A stretch of 64,000 bases of DNA from the human T2T-CHM13v2.0 reference genome, Homo sapiens, in the NCBI RefSeq assembly GCF_009914755.1, contig NC_060931.1, one strand, 5' to 3'. A program made the position numbers and the translations under genes. The notes beneath the pieces were generated by a model that ran no database searches, was not told the DNA's origin, and worked only from the letters and a program-made list of their open reading frames with translations. This document shows, piece by piece, positions 12,198-29,870 of the stretch; within the stretch, counting starts at the first letter, position 1; each line of letters begins with the position of its first letter.

Positions 12198-13506
12198 TCA
12201 GAAATGAAATGGAAATATTATAATAGATCCAGAAGCTATTAAAATAACAATAAAAAATACTACAACAAAACTTGATGCTCATAACAAACTGGATGGATTC
12301 CTCGAAAACCACATACTACCAAAACGTGCCAAGATAAAATAGCCTCGGTAGTCCTATAACCATTAAATAAATCAAGTTTGTTCTAATTAAAATGCTACTC
12401 AAAATCTCCAGTCCCAGATGGTTTCACTAGAAAGTTTTACCGAACATTAAATATGAATTAATACCAATTTTACACAATCCTTTTTCAGTTAACAAAAGAC
12501 AGAGAAACACCTTTCCACTATGAACCCTGTACTGAAACCAACAAGGATGGTGCGCACACAAAGAAAAATAAGTATCAGTCTCTCATGAGCTTAGCTGCAA
12601 AAATACTCAACAAGGACTAACAAATGGAATCCAGCAACACACGAAAAAGAGTATCACACCCTGACCAAGTGGGATTCAGTTTAGGTGTACAACGACGGCT
12701 AGTTCAAATTTGAAAATCAATCAATGTTATCCACCCTATCAACAGGCTAAAGGAAGACAATGATATGATCCTATTGGCACAGGCAAAGCATTTGAAAAAA
12801 TTTAATCTCCATTCCTGACAAGAACTCTTGCAAAGCAGGAATCAAGGGAAAGTCCTCCGACTTGGTAAAAAGCACCACGAAGAACCCTCAGCTCACGCTG
12901 CTTCACGGAAGAGTCTGGCCGCCTTCCCTCATTCGGTCAGCGGAGAGCTGGCTTTCCCCACTCATCCTCAACCCAGCATGGGAGCTCCTCACGCCAGGGC
13001 ATGCAGGTAAGAAAAGGAAAGCAGCAGCATAGGGATTGGAAAAGAACAGAACTGTCCCTACTCGGAAATCACATGACGGCACACGTGGAAAACCCTAAGC
13101 AATCTGCAGAAAACTCCTAGAATGACGTGACGGCCCACGTGGAAAATCCTGAGCAATCTGCAGAAAACTCCTGGAACACTAAGTGAGTCCACGAAGGTTG
13201 CAGGAAATAAGATGAACATACAAAAATTAACCACATTTCTATAAAGCAATTGCAAACAAGTGAAAAACAAAATTAAAAGGCAATATAATTTACAGAACAT
13301 CTTAAATACTCGGGTATACATCTAACAAAAACTTGTATAGTGTCTGTTTGCAGAAAGTTAGGAAATACTGATGAAAGGAATCGAAAGGAATAAAAAGAAT
13401 GTTTGTATAAATAGATACAATGTTTATGAACTGGAAGACTTATAGTAAATCAATTTTTCCAAAATTGATCTTTGGTTTTAAGGTAATTGCTGTCCAAACC
13501 TCAGCA

Positions 13507-13799
13507 TATATATATATATATTTTTTTTTTTTTTGGAAAGAGGGTCTTATTCTGTCACCCAGGCTGGAGTGCAGTGGTGTGGTCTTGGCTCACTGCAGCC
13601 TCAGGCAATCTTCCTGCCTCAACGTGCCAAGTAGCTGTAACTACAGGTGCGCACCACCACTCATGGCTGTATTTTTTTCATAGAGATGGGGTCTCCCTGT
13701 GTTGCCCAGGCTGGTCTCCCAACTCCTGGGCTCAAGCGATCCTTTTGCCTTGGCTTCCCCAAGTGTTGGGATTACAGGCGTGAGCCACCATGCCCGGCC
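13507..13799 (-). mobile_element. AluJ-like with (TA)n in the tail
   Basis: Reverse Alu consensus ending ccaccatgcccggcc. Confidence 0.92.
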
Positions 13800-15369
13800 A
13801 GCATTTTTTTTTTTTTTTTTTGGTAGAGAGACACAAGATTATTCTAAAATGTATATAGAAAGCAATTCCAAAAAGGAAGAGTAGAGGAATTGCCCTTCCT
13901 GATGTTGAGAACCGTACAGCTACAGCACAGCGTTATACGGCTCCTACGTCAGACAGACATGGCTGGGGCAGCGCTGGAGGGGAGATGTGGAGACCAGCAG
14001 AACAGAACAGAGGAACTCGAAAGAGACCCACAGACGCGTCCAGGCCACTTTCTAACAGAGAATATTATGCCGTGACCAAGTGGGACTTCGTTTAGGTGTA
14101 CGAGGCTAGCTTGGTATTTGAAAATCAATCAATGTAATCTGCTATATCAACAGGCTAAAGAATAAACAACATATGACCCTATTAATCGATACGGAAAAGT
14201 CACAGAAAAGTCACAAAGGCGCTTCAGTGGAGGAAGGGCAGCCTTGTCTTTGCTACAGCTGGAGCCGGAGGAGCTGGACACACTTAGTTAAAAAAAAATT
14301 TTTTTGACCGAAACCTCACATCTCAAATAAAATTTAACTCAAACTGTATCACGAACTTACATGTAAAACACAGAATTATGTTAAAAAAGAAATCTTCAGG
14401 ATCTGGATGAGGCAGAGCTCTGACACTCAACACCAAAGCACAATCCACAGAATAAAATTAAAATGGATAAATGGGCCTCGCCAAAATTTTAGGAAATTGC
14501 ACAGTGGAAGAGCCTGTGAAGCAGATACAAGGATAAGCTACACGACAGGGCGCCAGCGTCTCCCTGCCCATCTCTCCTAGAACGCCACGGCCACAGGGGA
14601 CCCTGGCACCTGGAGGGGTGACTGCAGCGTCTTAACCCCAAGTGGGATTCCTGCCTGTGCCCTGGCCCCACAGGGCAAGGCCCACATCTGTCTTGCTTCT
14701 CTCTTTTCCCAGAACAGACCTCACCAGGCTGGAGAGTGGCCTGGGCACAGAGGCCGGGCCTGTGGCATCAGCGGCCATCGTGAGGGCAGAGCGCCCAGGC
14801 ATTCTCAGACACACCCCTGCTCCCACTGGCCTTCCTGGGAGAAGCACCCCCTTGTTCCAGATGAGAAGCCGCAGCTGCTGGGCCGGGGGAGGCATGAATA
14901 TTTCATGCTTGGATCTGCAAGCGCCACGCACCTAACTGGACACAGCTCCAGGCGCCTGCTTCCCTGAAGCCCAATCCTCCTGTCATTGGTGTGCTGCAAG
15001 CGCCGCTCCGGAGCAGGGCTCTGTGTGGGGAGAGGAAAGGAGCCCTCGGGGGAAGTTATGCTGGGAGCCCATTTGTGGGGGGACGGAGAGCGGGAAGCAA
15101 GGTCCATGAGGATGGGGTGTCCTGCAGCTGGGTCCTGACCGGGGGCTGCTCCCTCTCCTGGGCCTAGGCACTGCAGGAAAATGGCAGGTAGTCAGCCTGC
15201 CACCACCTCCCGGCCACCAGCACACACCCTCAACAGACCTTCCAGATAGACGGCTCAATCCTGACTTGAGCACTGCCGGCCCCAACGCCTCCCCTCTTAC
15301 ACCACCTGCTTGTGCGGGCCTGGTGGCAGAGCTGCCGACATCGGGGGCTTTCGCACCCACCAGAACTAG

Positions 15370-15520
15370 CTTCTAACCTCGGCTTGGCCACCAGGAAGCT
15401 GCGTGACCCTGGGCACACCGACACACCTCTCTTGAGCCTGGTCTGCACGCTGGGCATTGCCGAGAAGACTAACGAAGTCAGGTGCGTAAAATCACCGGGC
15501 TCAGGGGAGACACAGAGCAC
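15370..15520. mobile_element. MIR fragment (similar remnants near 2410-2510, 3150-3290, 19130-19215 and 32800-32870)
   Basis: gctgcgtgaccctgggca...ctctcttgagcct; elsewhere cctcagtgtccccacctgtgaaatgggga. Confidence 0.55.
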
Positions 15521-16892
15521 AGTGGGATGAGGAAACCCTGTGCCCACGTTACCCCGGGCCATGAGGACAGCAGCTGCCCCGTGCCCTGGCGCCATCGGAT
15601 GGCCTCTACTGGGAAGTGAGCTGCTCCCGGCCTTGTCCCCACCTCGCTGCAGCAGGACTGGTTGTCTGCCAGGCCCCGGAGCCCCCAGGCTTCCCACAGA
15701 GGCTCCCCCACCAGGACCCGCGGGAGAGGAGAGGGGCGTGCCTGGATGGCATCTGCCGGGGCAGCCATAGGTCCCTGTGAACCTCGCTTGTAGAATACAC
15801 CTGCTCTCAAAGCCAGCGAAGGGGAGATTTTTTTTTGTCTTGAGGCTGTCAGGAAATCAAAGTGTTTTCAACTTCAAAAGACTCTCCGGGCGTCTCAAGT
15901 TGAGAATCTGACGCGTCCCAGGCACTTTCATGCACACATGGGGCGAGCCGGGGAGAAGACTCAGCAGCGTCCGCCGAGAGTCAGCCCTGAACTTCAGGGG
16001 TGAGAAAACCCTTCAAGTTCACACTGCAGCACGACACACACTCTCACACCCACACTCACAGAGTGCAAAAGGACTCTTAGAAAATCAAAATGTTAATGGC
16101 GGTTAACTCGGAGTGCTGGGACGGAAAGTGACTCATGGTTCTCTGCATTTTCCAGATTTTTTTATATGCTGCATATTTGTAATTAGGAAAAATGTATATC
16201 TAAATTATATCTGCAAGAGCGGAACAGCTTCAAGACAGGCCGCTGAGCACACGGGTTCCCCACTGCGGACACATGCAAGCCCCAATCCTTATCCACCTGG
16301 CCTGCAACCCTCGGGCGTCTTGCTCATCTGCCCGTCTGCCTGGAGTGTCTCCAGACACTCTGTGGGAGGCCCCTCTGTGGGCTGCTGAGGCCGGTGCTGC
16401 CCACCCACCTGCCCCAGATGTCCTGGGCCTGGGGTGCCAGGCTGGCGTCATGGCTGGCATCTTGGCTGGTGGCACCACAGACGCCAGGCGTGGGTCACAG
16501 CGTGAGCCCAGCCAGCTGGTTGGGGTGGGTGGCGCTGGTCAGGTGGCCACAGCAGAGTCCGCTGAGGCTACCTGTCATAGGGCTGCTGCTGAGGTGTGAG
16601 AGACACGGGCCCAAGCCCCTCGGCACCCAGCGGCCAGGGCACCCAGGTTGGGCTTGTGCAAATCCCAGGTGGGGCACAGCTCTGTCCACGGGTCTTTGCG
16701 GTGCCCGTCTGAGCGCCTGTGAACAGTGCTGGGCAGTCTCACCATGCACACAGCTCTGCACGAGCCTCCACGGCCAGGGCTGCCCTCCCTTCCCTAAAAC
16801 GTCTCAGGGGCTGAAGGCCTTGGACCATGGCATCAGGGTCCAGAGGTGATAAACCTGGGTAATGTGTGCTCTCATCCCAGCAGGTGCTGCTG

Positions 16893-17066
16893 GGGGTTAG
16901 AGGTCAGCACAGTCCCAGCCCCGGGGTTGGAGGTCAGCATAGTCCCAGCCCTGGGATGAGCACAGTCCCAGCCCCAGGGTTGGCGGTCGGCACAGTCCCA
17001 GCCCCAGGCGGGGTTGGAGGCCAGCACGGTCCCAGCCCCAGGGTTGGAGGTCGGCGCGGCCCCAGC
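16893..17066. repeat. Degenerate minisatellite, about 6 x 30 bp GGGGTTGGAGGTCAGCACAGTCCCAGCCCC
   Basis: Tandem copies with indels. Confidence 0.9.
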
Positions 17067-18464
17067 TTGGCTTCATGACCTCGGCAGCAGTGATCTGTAT
17101 CCCAAAGTTCAGGCGTGATAACGTCAAGACCGTGCTGAGCCTGCCGGGTACAGCGTGAAAATGGCTGGTGCTACCTTGGTCTACGCAACCTGTTAGACCG
17201 GGATACCGAGGACTCCTGGCAGCCTCACAACTCACAGCTGGGCTCTGCACAGGAGTCTCAGGTGCTGTGGGGCCAGCCTGCCTGCTGCACATCCACGGCC
17301 CGAAGGTGATCCAGGAGCAGCAGCCACCACCGAGCCCTGACAGTCACTGCCTGGCCCGTCCGCGCTCTGAGGAGGGAGAGAGCAAGCTTCTCGCTGCTGG
17401 TGTATTACCTCGGCCGAGGGCCTCCTCCTCCAGGCTGGCCACAGGACTTGTTACAGCCTATGCCTGACTCCCCCGCTCATGGCCTCACTCCCTCATGGAT
17501 GCCCATGGCCGGCCCAGCCCCACCCTGCACAAGCCCTCCAGCTCCAGGCCCAGCCCAGCTCAGCTCCGCGGAGCTCCTGGTCCAGAGGTCCAGGTTTGAC
17601 CCCAGGACACCCTGCTGTGTGCACGACCCTCAGCTCCCACCCCTCTCTGCCCCACTGTCCCTCCGGCGTCCCTCGGGGGAGACGACACAGCCGGGCCCAA
17701 AAGAGGCCTCGCAGATGCTGCCGCGTGAGCACCGCGCTGAGGGCCTGGCGGCAACTGGGTCAGGACAGCTTGGACAGAACGCCGAGAACAAATGTCCCGG
17801 CATGAAGTTCCAAAGAACGGAAGCTGGCAAAAAGTGTGTCCGGCACGGGGAAAATAGCTCAGCCAATTATTCCTGCCTAATTGTACCGAGGAAAGCATCT
17901 AAATACTGCCTGTGCTAATTATACCAGCGTTATTGGGGTTTATCTTCCCGGCGAGGGTGACCTTTCCTTCAAGAGTGACTGGCGGGGCGGGCAAGGCCAG
18001 GCACCCCAGCAGTCGCAGAAAAATCCCAAACCAACAATTATTATTATTATTATTCTATTTATACAGCTCCCCCTCGCACACGGGCGTTCTGCTTTACAGC
18101 CACACGCAGCTGCTCCTGCAGCCGCAGCCGGAGGGGAGCCGAGGGAGTGGGGGCGCCGGCTCGGGGTGGGGCGGCCTGCGCAGCCCCTGCTGTGAGTGGC
18201 ATCCGCCACGGGCGGCTCCAAGGGCCGTGGAAGGGCATGGAGGCCACAGGGATGAGTTAGAGGAGGTGGCGGGGATGGAGAAGGTGGGAGAAGGGGCTGA
18301 GTGTGGGTTAAAAGACAGGGACTGGCCCCGAGGGCAGCAGGAGCACAGAACACAATGAAGGTTAAGGGAAGAAAGGGGACGCAGCGGGCAGGGAGGACAG
18401 GTGCTCAGATCAGGCACACGGGTGAGGAGGGAGGAGCTGCAGCACAGCCCTCGCCCAGTGGCTC

Positions 18465-18905
18465 CCTGAGCCCCGCCCAGGTGTGGGGTCCTCCCCTCCT
18501 GAGCCCGTCGCGGGTGTGGGGTCCTCCCCTCCTGAGCCCGTCGCGGGTGTGGGGGCCTCCCCTCCTGAGCCCGTCCCGGGTGTGGGGTCCTCCCCTCCTG
18601 AGCCCGTCCCGGGTGTGGGGGCCTCCCCTCCTGAGCCCGTCCCGGGTGTGGCATCCTCCCCTCCTGAGCCCGTCCCGGGTGTGGGGTCCTCCCCTCCTGA
18701 GCCCCGCCCGGGTGTGGGGGCCTCCCCTCCTGAGCCCGGCCCGGGTGTGGGGGCCTCCCCTCCTGAGCCCGTCCCGGGTGTGGGGGCCTCCCCTCCTGAG
18801 CCCTGCGTGGCTGTGGGGTCCTCCCCTCCTGAGCCCGTCCCGGGTGTGGGGTCCTCCCCTCCTGAGCCCGTCCCGGGTGTGGGGTCCTCCCCTCCTGGGC
18901 CCGGG
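18465..18905. repeat. Minisatellite, about 13 x 33 bp CCTGAGCCCGTCCCGGGTGTGGGGTCCTCCCCT
   Basis: High-identity tandem copies, giving the WGPPLLSPSRV repeat in the ORF track. Confidence 0.97.
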
Positions 18906-20239
18906 CTAGACAGCACCACCCTTTCCAGATGTAGCCGAATGAGAACAGGAGAGGACGTCAGCGGCCTCTGCGCCTTCTCACCTCCCACCCAGGCGAGGCC
19001 CATGCTGCTGGCAGTGACGTTTCGTGGAGCGCCACGCTTAGGGCAATGTGATGCTGGGGATGCGGGGTGAGGAGGGCCGGAGATGCAGGCCCGCCCTCCT
19101 GTGAGGCTGCCCCTCTTATGTGCTGTGGGCCCCGGGGCCCATCAGTTTGTCTCTCTGAGCTGAAGTTTCCTGAATGTAAAATGGAGACAAAATGCCTATT
19201 TTCCCACCTCAGAGGGCGGCCGGCAGCTTCCGGCCGAGACAGAGCCACAAGGACAGATGCACCTGCCATCTGAAACAGCCAGAATATGAGGCATCAAATG
19301 TGAAACAACAGTTTTCAGTCAGGAAGGGTGGCGGGCCCTGAGAGACGGGGCGAGCCTGGGGAGACAGTCACAGCCCAGGCAGGGCCTCGCGGGACCCGAG
19401 TTGAGGGACAGGGCTGGAGCTGGAGCCAGGGCGCCGAAAAGAGTGCCACAGAGGAGGGCTGAGTTCGCTGGAGTGCTCAGTGAGAGGCTGAGAAAACCTG
19501 GAGCATTAGAGAGAAAAACCCAGAAAATGGCACCCGAAGCTCACACTGGGCTGGACCAGTGCCTGTCTCCGGCAGCCTCGCGGGAAAGCCTGCGAACTAG
19601 GCGGCTCCAGGGCACAGCACTGAGATGGACACCCCGCAGCAAGGGGCGGTGTGAGCCCCAGACAGACGCTGCCCTGCTCCCACCTCACATTTCCTAAACC
19701 GAGACCCAGAGAACCAGGCTGTTTCCAAGTACCTGAACTGTGTCTCCGAACAGAGCTCACGAATATTTATAGGAACACACACACACGTGCATGCACAGGC
19801 ACACGCACACATGCACACACAGCCTCGCAGCACTCAACAAAGAGAAAATCAGCTGAGTGAAACAGACCTAGGGCTGACCTGACGTCAGAAGCGGCAGATC
19901 ACATTAAGTCACTGTAACTTTGCTCCATATGCCCAAAAAATTGAGGATAGACATAAAAGGGACAAAAAAGAGCCAAATTGACCTTCTAAGGATGAAGACA
20001 ACAAGTACGGGGGACGGATCCATGCCAGATCAGACATGGCGAAAACAGGATCAGTGAAGCTGCAGATACAACCACGGAAACCGTCCGAGATGAAACAGAT
20101 GAGAAAAAGAAAGAAAAGCGCATACAAACAAAAAGGAAAAAACGGAAAGACAGACATAAAGGAGGCAGCACATTGGGCGTGGGCTGTGGGGCGACGTCAC
20201 ATGGCCTGACACGTAGGGCAGGAGTCCTGGAGGCAGGCT

Positions 20240-20680
20240 GGTGGCACTTCTGAAATGGCTCCTGATGGTCCCCACCTCCAGGCACCACCCGCATCAGCGC
20301 CAGCCCTTCAGCGTGACTTACAGCGGATGCAAAGTGGGGCGCAAGTGCTGGCTTCCCCTCTGCAGTCACGTCACAGCAGCCGTGACTTCTGCGGCTCCCA
20401 CCCTGGTTCTCAGAGCTCTGACCCGCCAGCTGCCATGCGTGAGCGGCCCACACGGCGAGGAGCTGCCATAGGACCAAGCGCGGCAGCCCAACCACGGATA
20501 GAAGCAGAATCCTTCCGACGGCCACATGGGTGTACCTGGACGTGGGACCTTCCCCAGCAGAGCCAAGAGGACTGTGGCTGGTGAGGTCTCTGAGCAGAGA
20601 GCCAGCTCAGCCACACTTGGATTCCTGACCCCAGAAGCCACGAGCCAGTGAGTTCTGCAGCGATGTTATTCAAGGACTGG
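20240..20680 (+). mobile_element. MLT1 (E/F-like) solo LTR inserted in L1 ORF1
   Basis: aaatggctcctgatggtccccacctcc...gccagctgccatg...ccagctcagccacacttggattcctgaccccagaagc. Confidence 0.7.
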
Positions 20681-21135
20681 TTGCCAGTGGTGGGGACAGC
20701 AAAGAGTCTTGAAAAAGTAGTGGCCCCAATTTTCTGAAATGTGTGGAAAAGTGTAAACGGAGAGATCTGAGAAGTTCAAAGAACCCCAACCACCAAAAAA
20801 AAAAAAAAAGGCAGGGGGAGGAAACAACATTAAAGTACACAAAGTACATCATAATCAAACTGCTCAAAACCAGTAGTACAGATGAAATCTTAAAAGCAGT
20901 CAGAGGAAGAAATGACAACTGACCGACAGAGGAACAAAGATGAGAATGACAGCAGACTTCTCAGAGGAAATACTGGAATTAAGAAGACAGTGAGATCACC
21001 TCTGTAAAGTACAGAAAGACAAAGCCCAGAATTCTCCACCCAGTGGAAATATCTCCCCCCAAATAAAGACTTCTTCAGGTGTGCAAGAGCTTAAAATATC
21101 CCAAAAAGCAGCTGATTCACACTGCAAGAATATTA

Positions 21136-21625
<490 letters not shown>

Positions 21626-22164
21626 CTAAACAGAAATAAAAACAAAGTATTGTGGGGTTTATCATGTGCATAAATAAAATATATTATAAGCAGATGACTA
21701 AGGCAGGAAGGAGAAGACTGGAAGTATGTGACTGTCAGGTTCTCACACTACACATAAGGCGGTGTCGTATCATTCGAGGATGACTGTTAAAGATCTACGT
21801 GCCCTAAATCCTAACACAACCTGTAAAAAATACAGTTAACAAATCAAAAAAGGAGGCACATGAACTTGTAAAAAATTCAATCCAAGAAAGGCAGAAAAAG
21901 AGGGAAGAAAAAAGAACAAAGGACAGACAGGACAAACAGAAAACAAATAACAAGATGATAGACTTATCTAATCAAAGTAGTAATCAATTTAAATGTAAAT
22001 GGCCCAGTGAAAAGGCAGAGAATGTCAGATTCTATGCATATTTAAGACTCAGCTATATCCTGCTTTTAAGAAGCACATTTTAACTATGAAGACGCAGTAG
22101 ATTAAAAGTAACGTGAAGCAGATACAGCGTGCTCACAGAAGCCAATTCGCCCTGTGTTCACATG

Positions 22165-24363
<2,199 letters not shown>

Positions 24364-24533
24364 ATTGACAGTGCAACTCTGTATCAAACAAAGCAGATTT
24401 CAGAGCAAAGAATATTACTAGCAATAAAGGTCATTTCATAATGATAAAAGCGTCCATTTATATATGAAACAAAAACTGGAATGCAAGAAGGAATAGAGAA
24501 ATCTGTAATAATAGTCAGAGATGTCAACATTCA

Positions 24534-25082
<549 letters not shown>

Positions 25083-26916
25083 TTAAATGAGAAATTAGTA
25101 ACAGAACGGCATCTGGAGATTTTCAAAAAATGTGGAAACTAACACACTTCTAAATAACCCATACGTCAAAGAAGAAATCAAAAGGGAGGTTAGTTAAGTG
25201 ATTTGAACTGAATGAAGATAAAAACAAAATATCAGAATTTGTGGGATGCCACTAGAGCAGAAACTAGGGGGAAACTTATAGCACTGAATGTCCACATTAA
25301 AAAAAAGAAGGTCTCAAATCAGGGACTTCAGCTTCGATCTTAAGGAACTAAAGAAGGGCAAATTAGACAAAGTAAGCAGAAGAAAGAAAATAAAGATCAA
25401 AGCAACAATGGTGAAAGAAAACAAAAAAGCAGTAGAAATAATAAAACCCAAAGCTGTTTCTAGCCAGACTGACCTGGAATAAAAGAGAAGAGACAAATTA
25501 TTAACATCAGGAAGAAGAGGGATGATAGCACTACAGATCCTACAGATGTTAAAAGGATAGTAAGAGAAATTATGAACAACTTTATGCCAATACCTTTGAA
25601 AACAGATAAAATGGACAAACTTCTGAAGATACAAACTACTAAAGCTCACCACAAAAGAAAAAGACAATGTGAATAACTCTATGTCTATCAAGACACCGAT
25701 GTGTAGTTAAAACCTCAGGAAGAAAACTTCAAGGTTCAATGGGTTTACCGATGAATTGGATCAACTATTTAAAAAAGAAATAATATCAATTCTACATTAA
25801 CTCTTTTCTTCCAGTTTGTTTTAATCAAGAATTCTACATGAACTCTTTAAGAAAACTGAAGAGGAGGAATGCTTTCCAACTCACTCTGTGAGACCAACAT
25901 TACTATGATATACAAATCAGAAGACATTACAAGCCGCACCCCCCCAAAACTATGGAACAACCCTAAGGAATATTTATGCAAAAATTCAAAACAAAACGGT
26001 TAGCAATTCACATCCAATAACATATAAAAAAAGATAATGTAGTATGACTAAGTGGGGTTTATCCTAAGAATACAAGGTTGGTTTAACCCTAGAAAATCAA
26101 AGTAATTCCACATATTAACAAAGTACAAAAGGAAAACCATATGATCAACTCAATAAATGCAGAAAAAGCATCTGATCAAACCCAACAGGCATTCCTCAAA
26201 AAAAAAAAAAATCTCAGCAAACTAGGATTAGAAGAGAACTTCCTCAGCCTGAGAAAGGGTATCTATGAATGACGTACAGAGAATACCACACTTAATGGCT
26301 GAAGATTGGATGCTTCTCCCTCAGATCTGAAACAGGACAAGGATGTTCACTCTCACTGCTTGTATTCAGCATCATCCTGAAGGTTCCAGCTAGTGAAATA
26401 ACACAAGAACAAGGAACTTCACAAGCATCCAGTGTGGGCAAGTGGAAGTGCAAGTGTACTTACAGATAATATCATTGTCTAAGGAGAAAATCCCATCAGA
26501 TATACTAAGAAGCTACTGGAACTAACACATGAGTTTAGCGAAGTTGCAAAATAAAAAGATCAATATACAAATGAATTGTTTTTATATAGTAGCAACAGAA
26601 ATTAAATGTAAAAACAAAACTCTTTTATAATAATATCAAAATCTAAAATACTTGGGATAAATCTGAAAAAGATGTGAAATACCTATGTTATCAGGAAGGG
26701 GTCTCAATCTAGACCCCAAAAGAGGGTTCTTGGATCTCACACAAGAAAGAATTTGAGGTGAGTCCATACAGTGAAGTGAAAGCAAGTTTATTAGGAAAGT
26801 AAAGAAACAGAAGAATGGCTACTCCATAGGCAGAGCAGTGACGTGGGCTGCTCGACTAACACTTATACTGTATTTCTTGATTATATGCTAATGAAGGGGT
26901 GGATTATTCATGAGTT

Positions 26917-26946
26917 TTCCGGGAAAGGGGTAGGCAATTCCCAGAA
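26917..26946. promoter_or_regulatory. Tandem GAS (STAT) motifs in the MER41 LTR
   Basis: TTCCGGGAA at 26917-26925 and TTCCCAGAA at 26938-26946. Confidence 0.7.
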
Positions 26947-27075
26947 CTGAGGGTTCTTCCCCCTTTTAGACCATATAGGGGAAATTCCTGACATTGCCAT
27001 GGCATTTGTAAGCTGTCATGGCACTGGTGGGAGTGTCGTGTCATATGCTAATGCATTATAATTACAGTATAATGA

Positions 27076-27661
<586 letters not shown>

Positions 27662-29279
27662 TGAGAGAAACTGTTCATAGATTAGAAGTTTCCATATTGT
27701 TAAGATGTCAATTATCCCCAAAATGATCTATAGAGTCAGCGTAATTCCAATTAAAATCCTAGCAGGCTGACAAAGATGCAAAAGGCTATTCAGTAAAAAA
27801 GAATGATCTTGATGCTGGAGTAACTGGACGTTCATATGCAATAAAAAATGAAAAAGAGTCAATCCAGACCTTGCACCATATAAAAAAAAACTCAAAATGG
27901 ATCATGAACACAAATGTAAAATTTAGAACTATAAAACTTCTAGAAGAAAAAAAAATGGAGGCAGTCTTTGTGACCTTGGGTTAGGTAAAGATTTCTTAGA
28001 TACGACAGCAAAAGCACACTCCATAAAATAAAAGACGGGTAAGTTAGACTTAATCAAAATTAGAAATGTCTGCTCTTCAAAAGACATTGTTAAGAGAATG
28101 AAAAGACATGTCATATATAAGGAGAGAACACCAGCAATGTACATATTTGATGAAGGATTTGCATCTGGAGTATACAAAGAACTCTCAAAACTCATTAAGG
28201 AAACATAGAACCCCATAAATAATTAGCAGAAGATGTGAACAGGCACTTCAGCGAAGACCAGCAAGATGGCACAGGGACAGATGCTCAGTGTCATTCGTCA
28301 TGAGGAAAATGCAAATTAAAACCGCAATGAGACGCCGTCAGTCACCTCTTAGAAGGACTGAAATTAAAAAGACTGATCATGTCAAGTACTGGTGACCGTG
28401 TGCAGAAACTACAAGTCTCCTATACTGCTGATAGGAATGGAAAATGGTGCAGGCACTTTGGAAAACAGCTTGGCAACTTCTTGTAAAGTTAGGCGTACAC
28501 TGACCACACAATCAAGCAGTTCCGATTTAGCCAAGAGAAAAGAAATAAATGTCCGTGCAAAGCTTGCATGTGAATGTTCACTGTACACTTTATTTGCAAC
28601 AGCCCCAAGCTGGAAGCCACCGGAATGCCCGTCAACATCTGGATGGATGAAGACATTGTGGTCTATCCGTATGACTGTAAAGGGATAAACTGTTGATACC
28701 ATAGCAACACGGATAAATCTCAAACTAACTACGCTTAGTAGAAGCAGCCAGACGAGAAAGGCTAGATACTGCGTGATGCCACTTACAGAAACTCTGGAAA
28801 ACGTGGATGAACCCGTGGTGACAGGAAACACAGAAGGATCAGTGGCTGCCTGGGGTCGGGTTGCAGTGGGAGGGGCAAGGCAGGCTGCACAGGGCCTGGG
28901 ATCTGGGGGCGAAGGGTCTTGCCTTGATGGCCTCACGGGTGCGGTTATACAGATGGTAGCTCATCAATAACGCAGACTCAGCAAACAGGGAAGCCCTGGC
29001 AGGAGGAGGTGGTGGCATCGGGGGCAGGTCCAGCTGTCACAGGCCAGCCTGGTGAAACACGGCAGCGTGCTGCTTCTCCAGACAAAACTGCTCCCTCTTG
29101 GGTGTCTAGAGGTGATTCCCGCGTAGCTCTGCCTGGACTGGGAAACATATTCCTAACCCCGTGCAGGGGCTGCAGTCCCTCTACCCGAAACCCACGCCAA
29201 CACCCACTTCACATTTTGCATTTGAATCTCAGGAGGTTCACGGACCCTCTAACCCAGCGGCACCCGCAGCCCCTGGGAT

Positions 29280-29870
29280 GGAAAAGCATCATAAAAGCAG
29301 ACAGTGGCGCGTGCTGGGGAGGACGGGGAGAAGCTGGGAGAACAGGCAGCTCCTTACAAAGCTCAAAGTTAAATTACCATGTGACCCTGGCACTTCCGCT
29401 TATGGGTGTACACCCAAGAGAAACAAAAATGCATTTCCACACACAAGCTTGTACACGAATGTTCACAGCAGCACTGTGTGTAATAGCCCCAAACGGAAGC
29501 AATTCAAATGTTCTATCAACGGATGAACGGATAAACAACCATGGTCTATCCACACACTAGACCGTATGATTCATCAGTAACAAATGGAGCGTCAGCACGT
29601 GGTCCAATGTGAGCGAACCGTGAAAACCTTACGCTCAGCGAAAGATGCCAGATGCCAGAGACCACTCGCCGCTGAGCCCATCTCCCTGCAACACTGCAGG
29701 TAGCGGAGTCTAGAGACAACACAGACAGCGGCTGCCGACGGCTGGGACTGGGAGAGGATGGCTATGGGGCACGTTTCCTTCCAGGGTGATAAAGGCATTC
29801 ATTCCAAGATAGACTGTGGTGATGGCTGCACGCTCTGTAGATGACATCTCAATCAAGCTGCTTCATGAGA
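29280..29870 (+). mobile_element. Second L1M 3' fragment
   Basis: accatgtgaccctggcacttccgc...cacacacaagcttgtacacgaatgttcacagcagca...ctcaatcaagctg. Confidence 0.8.
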
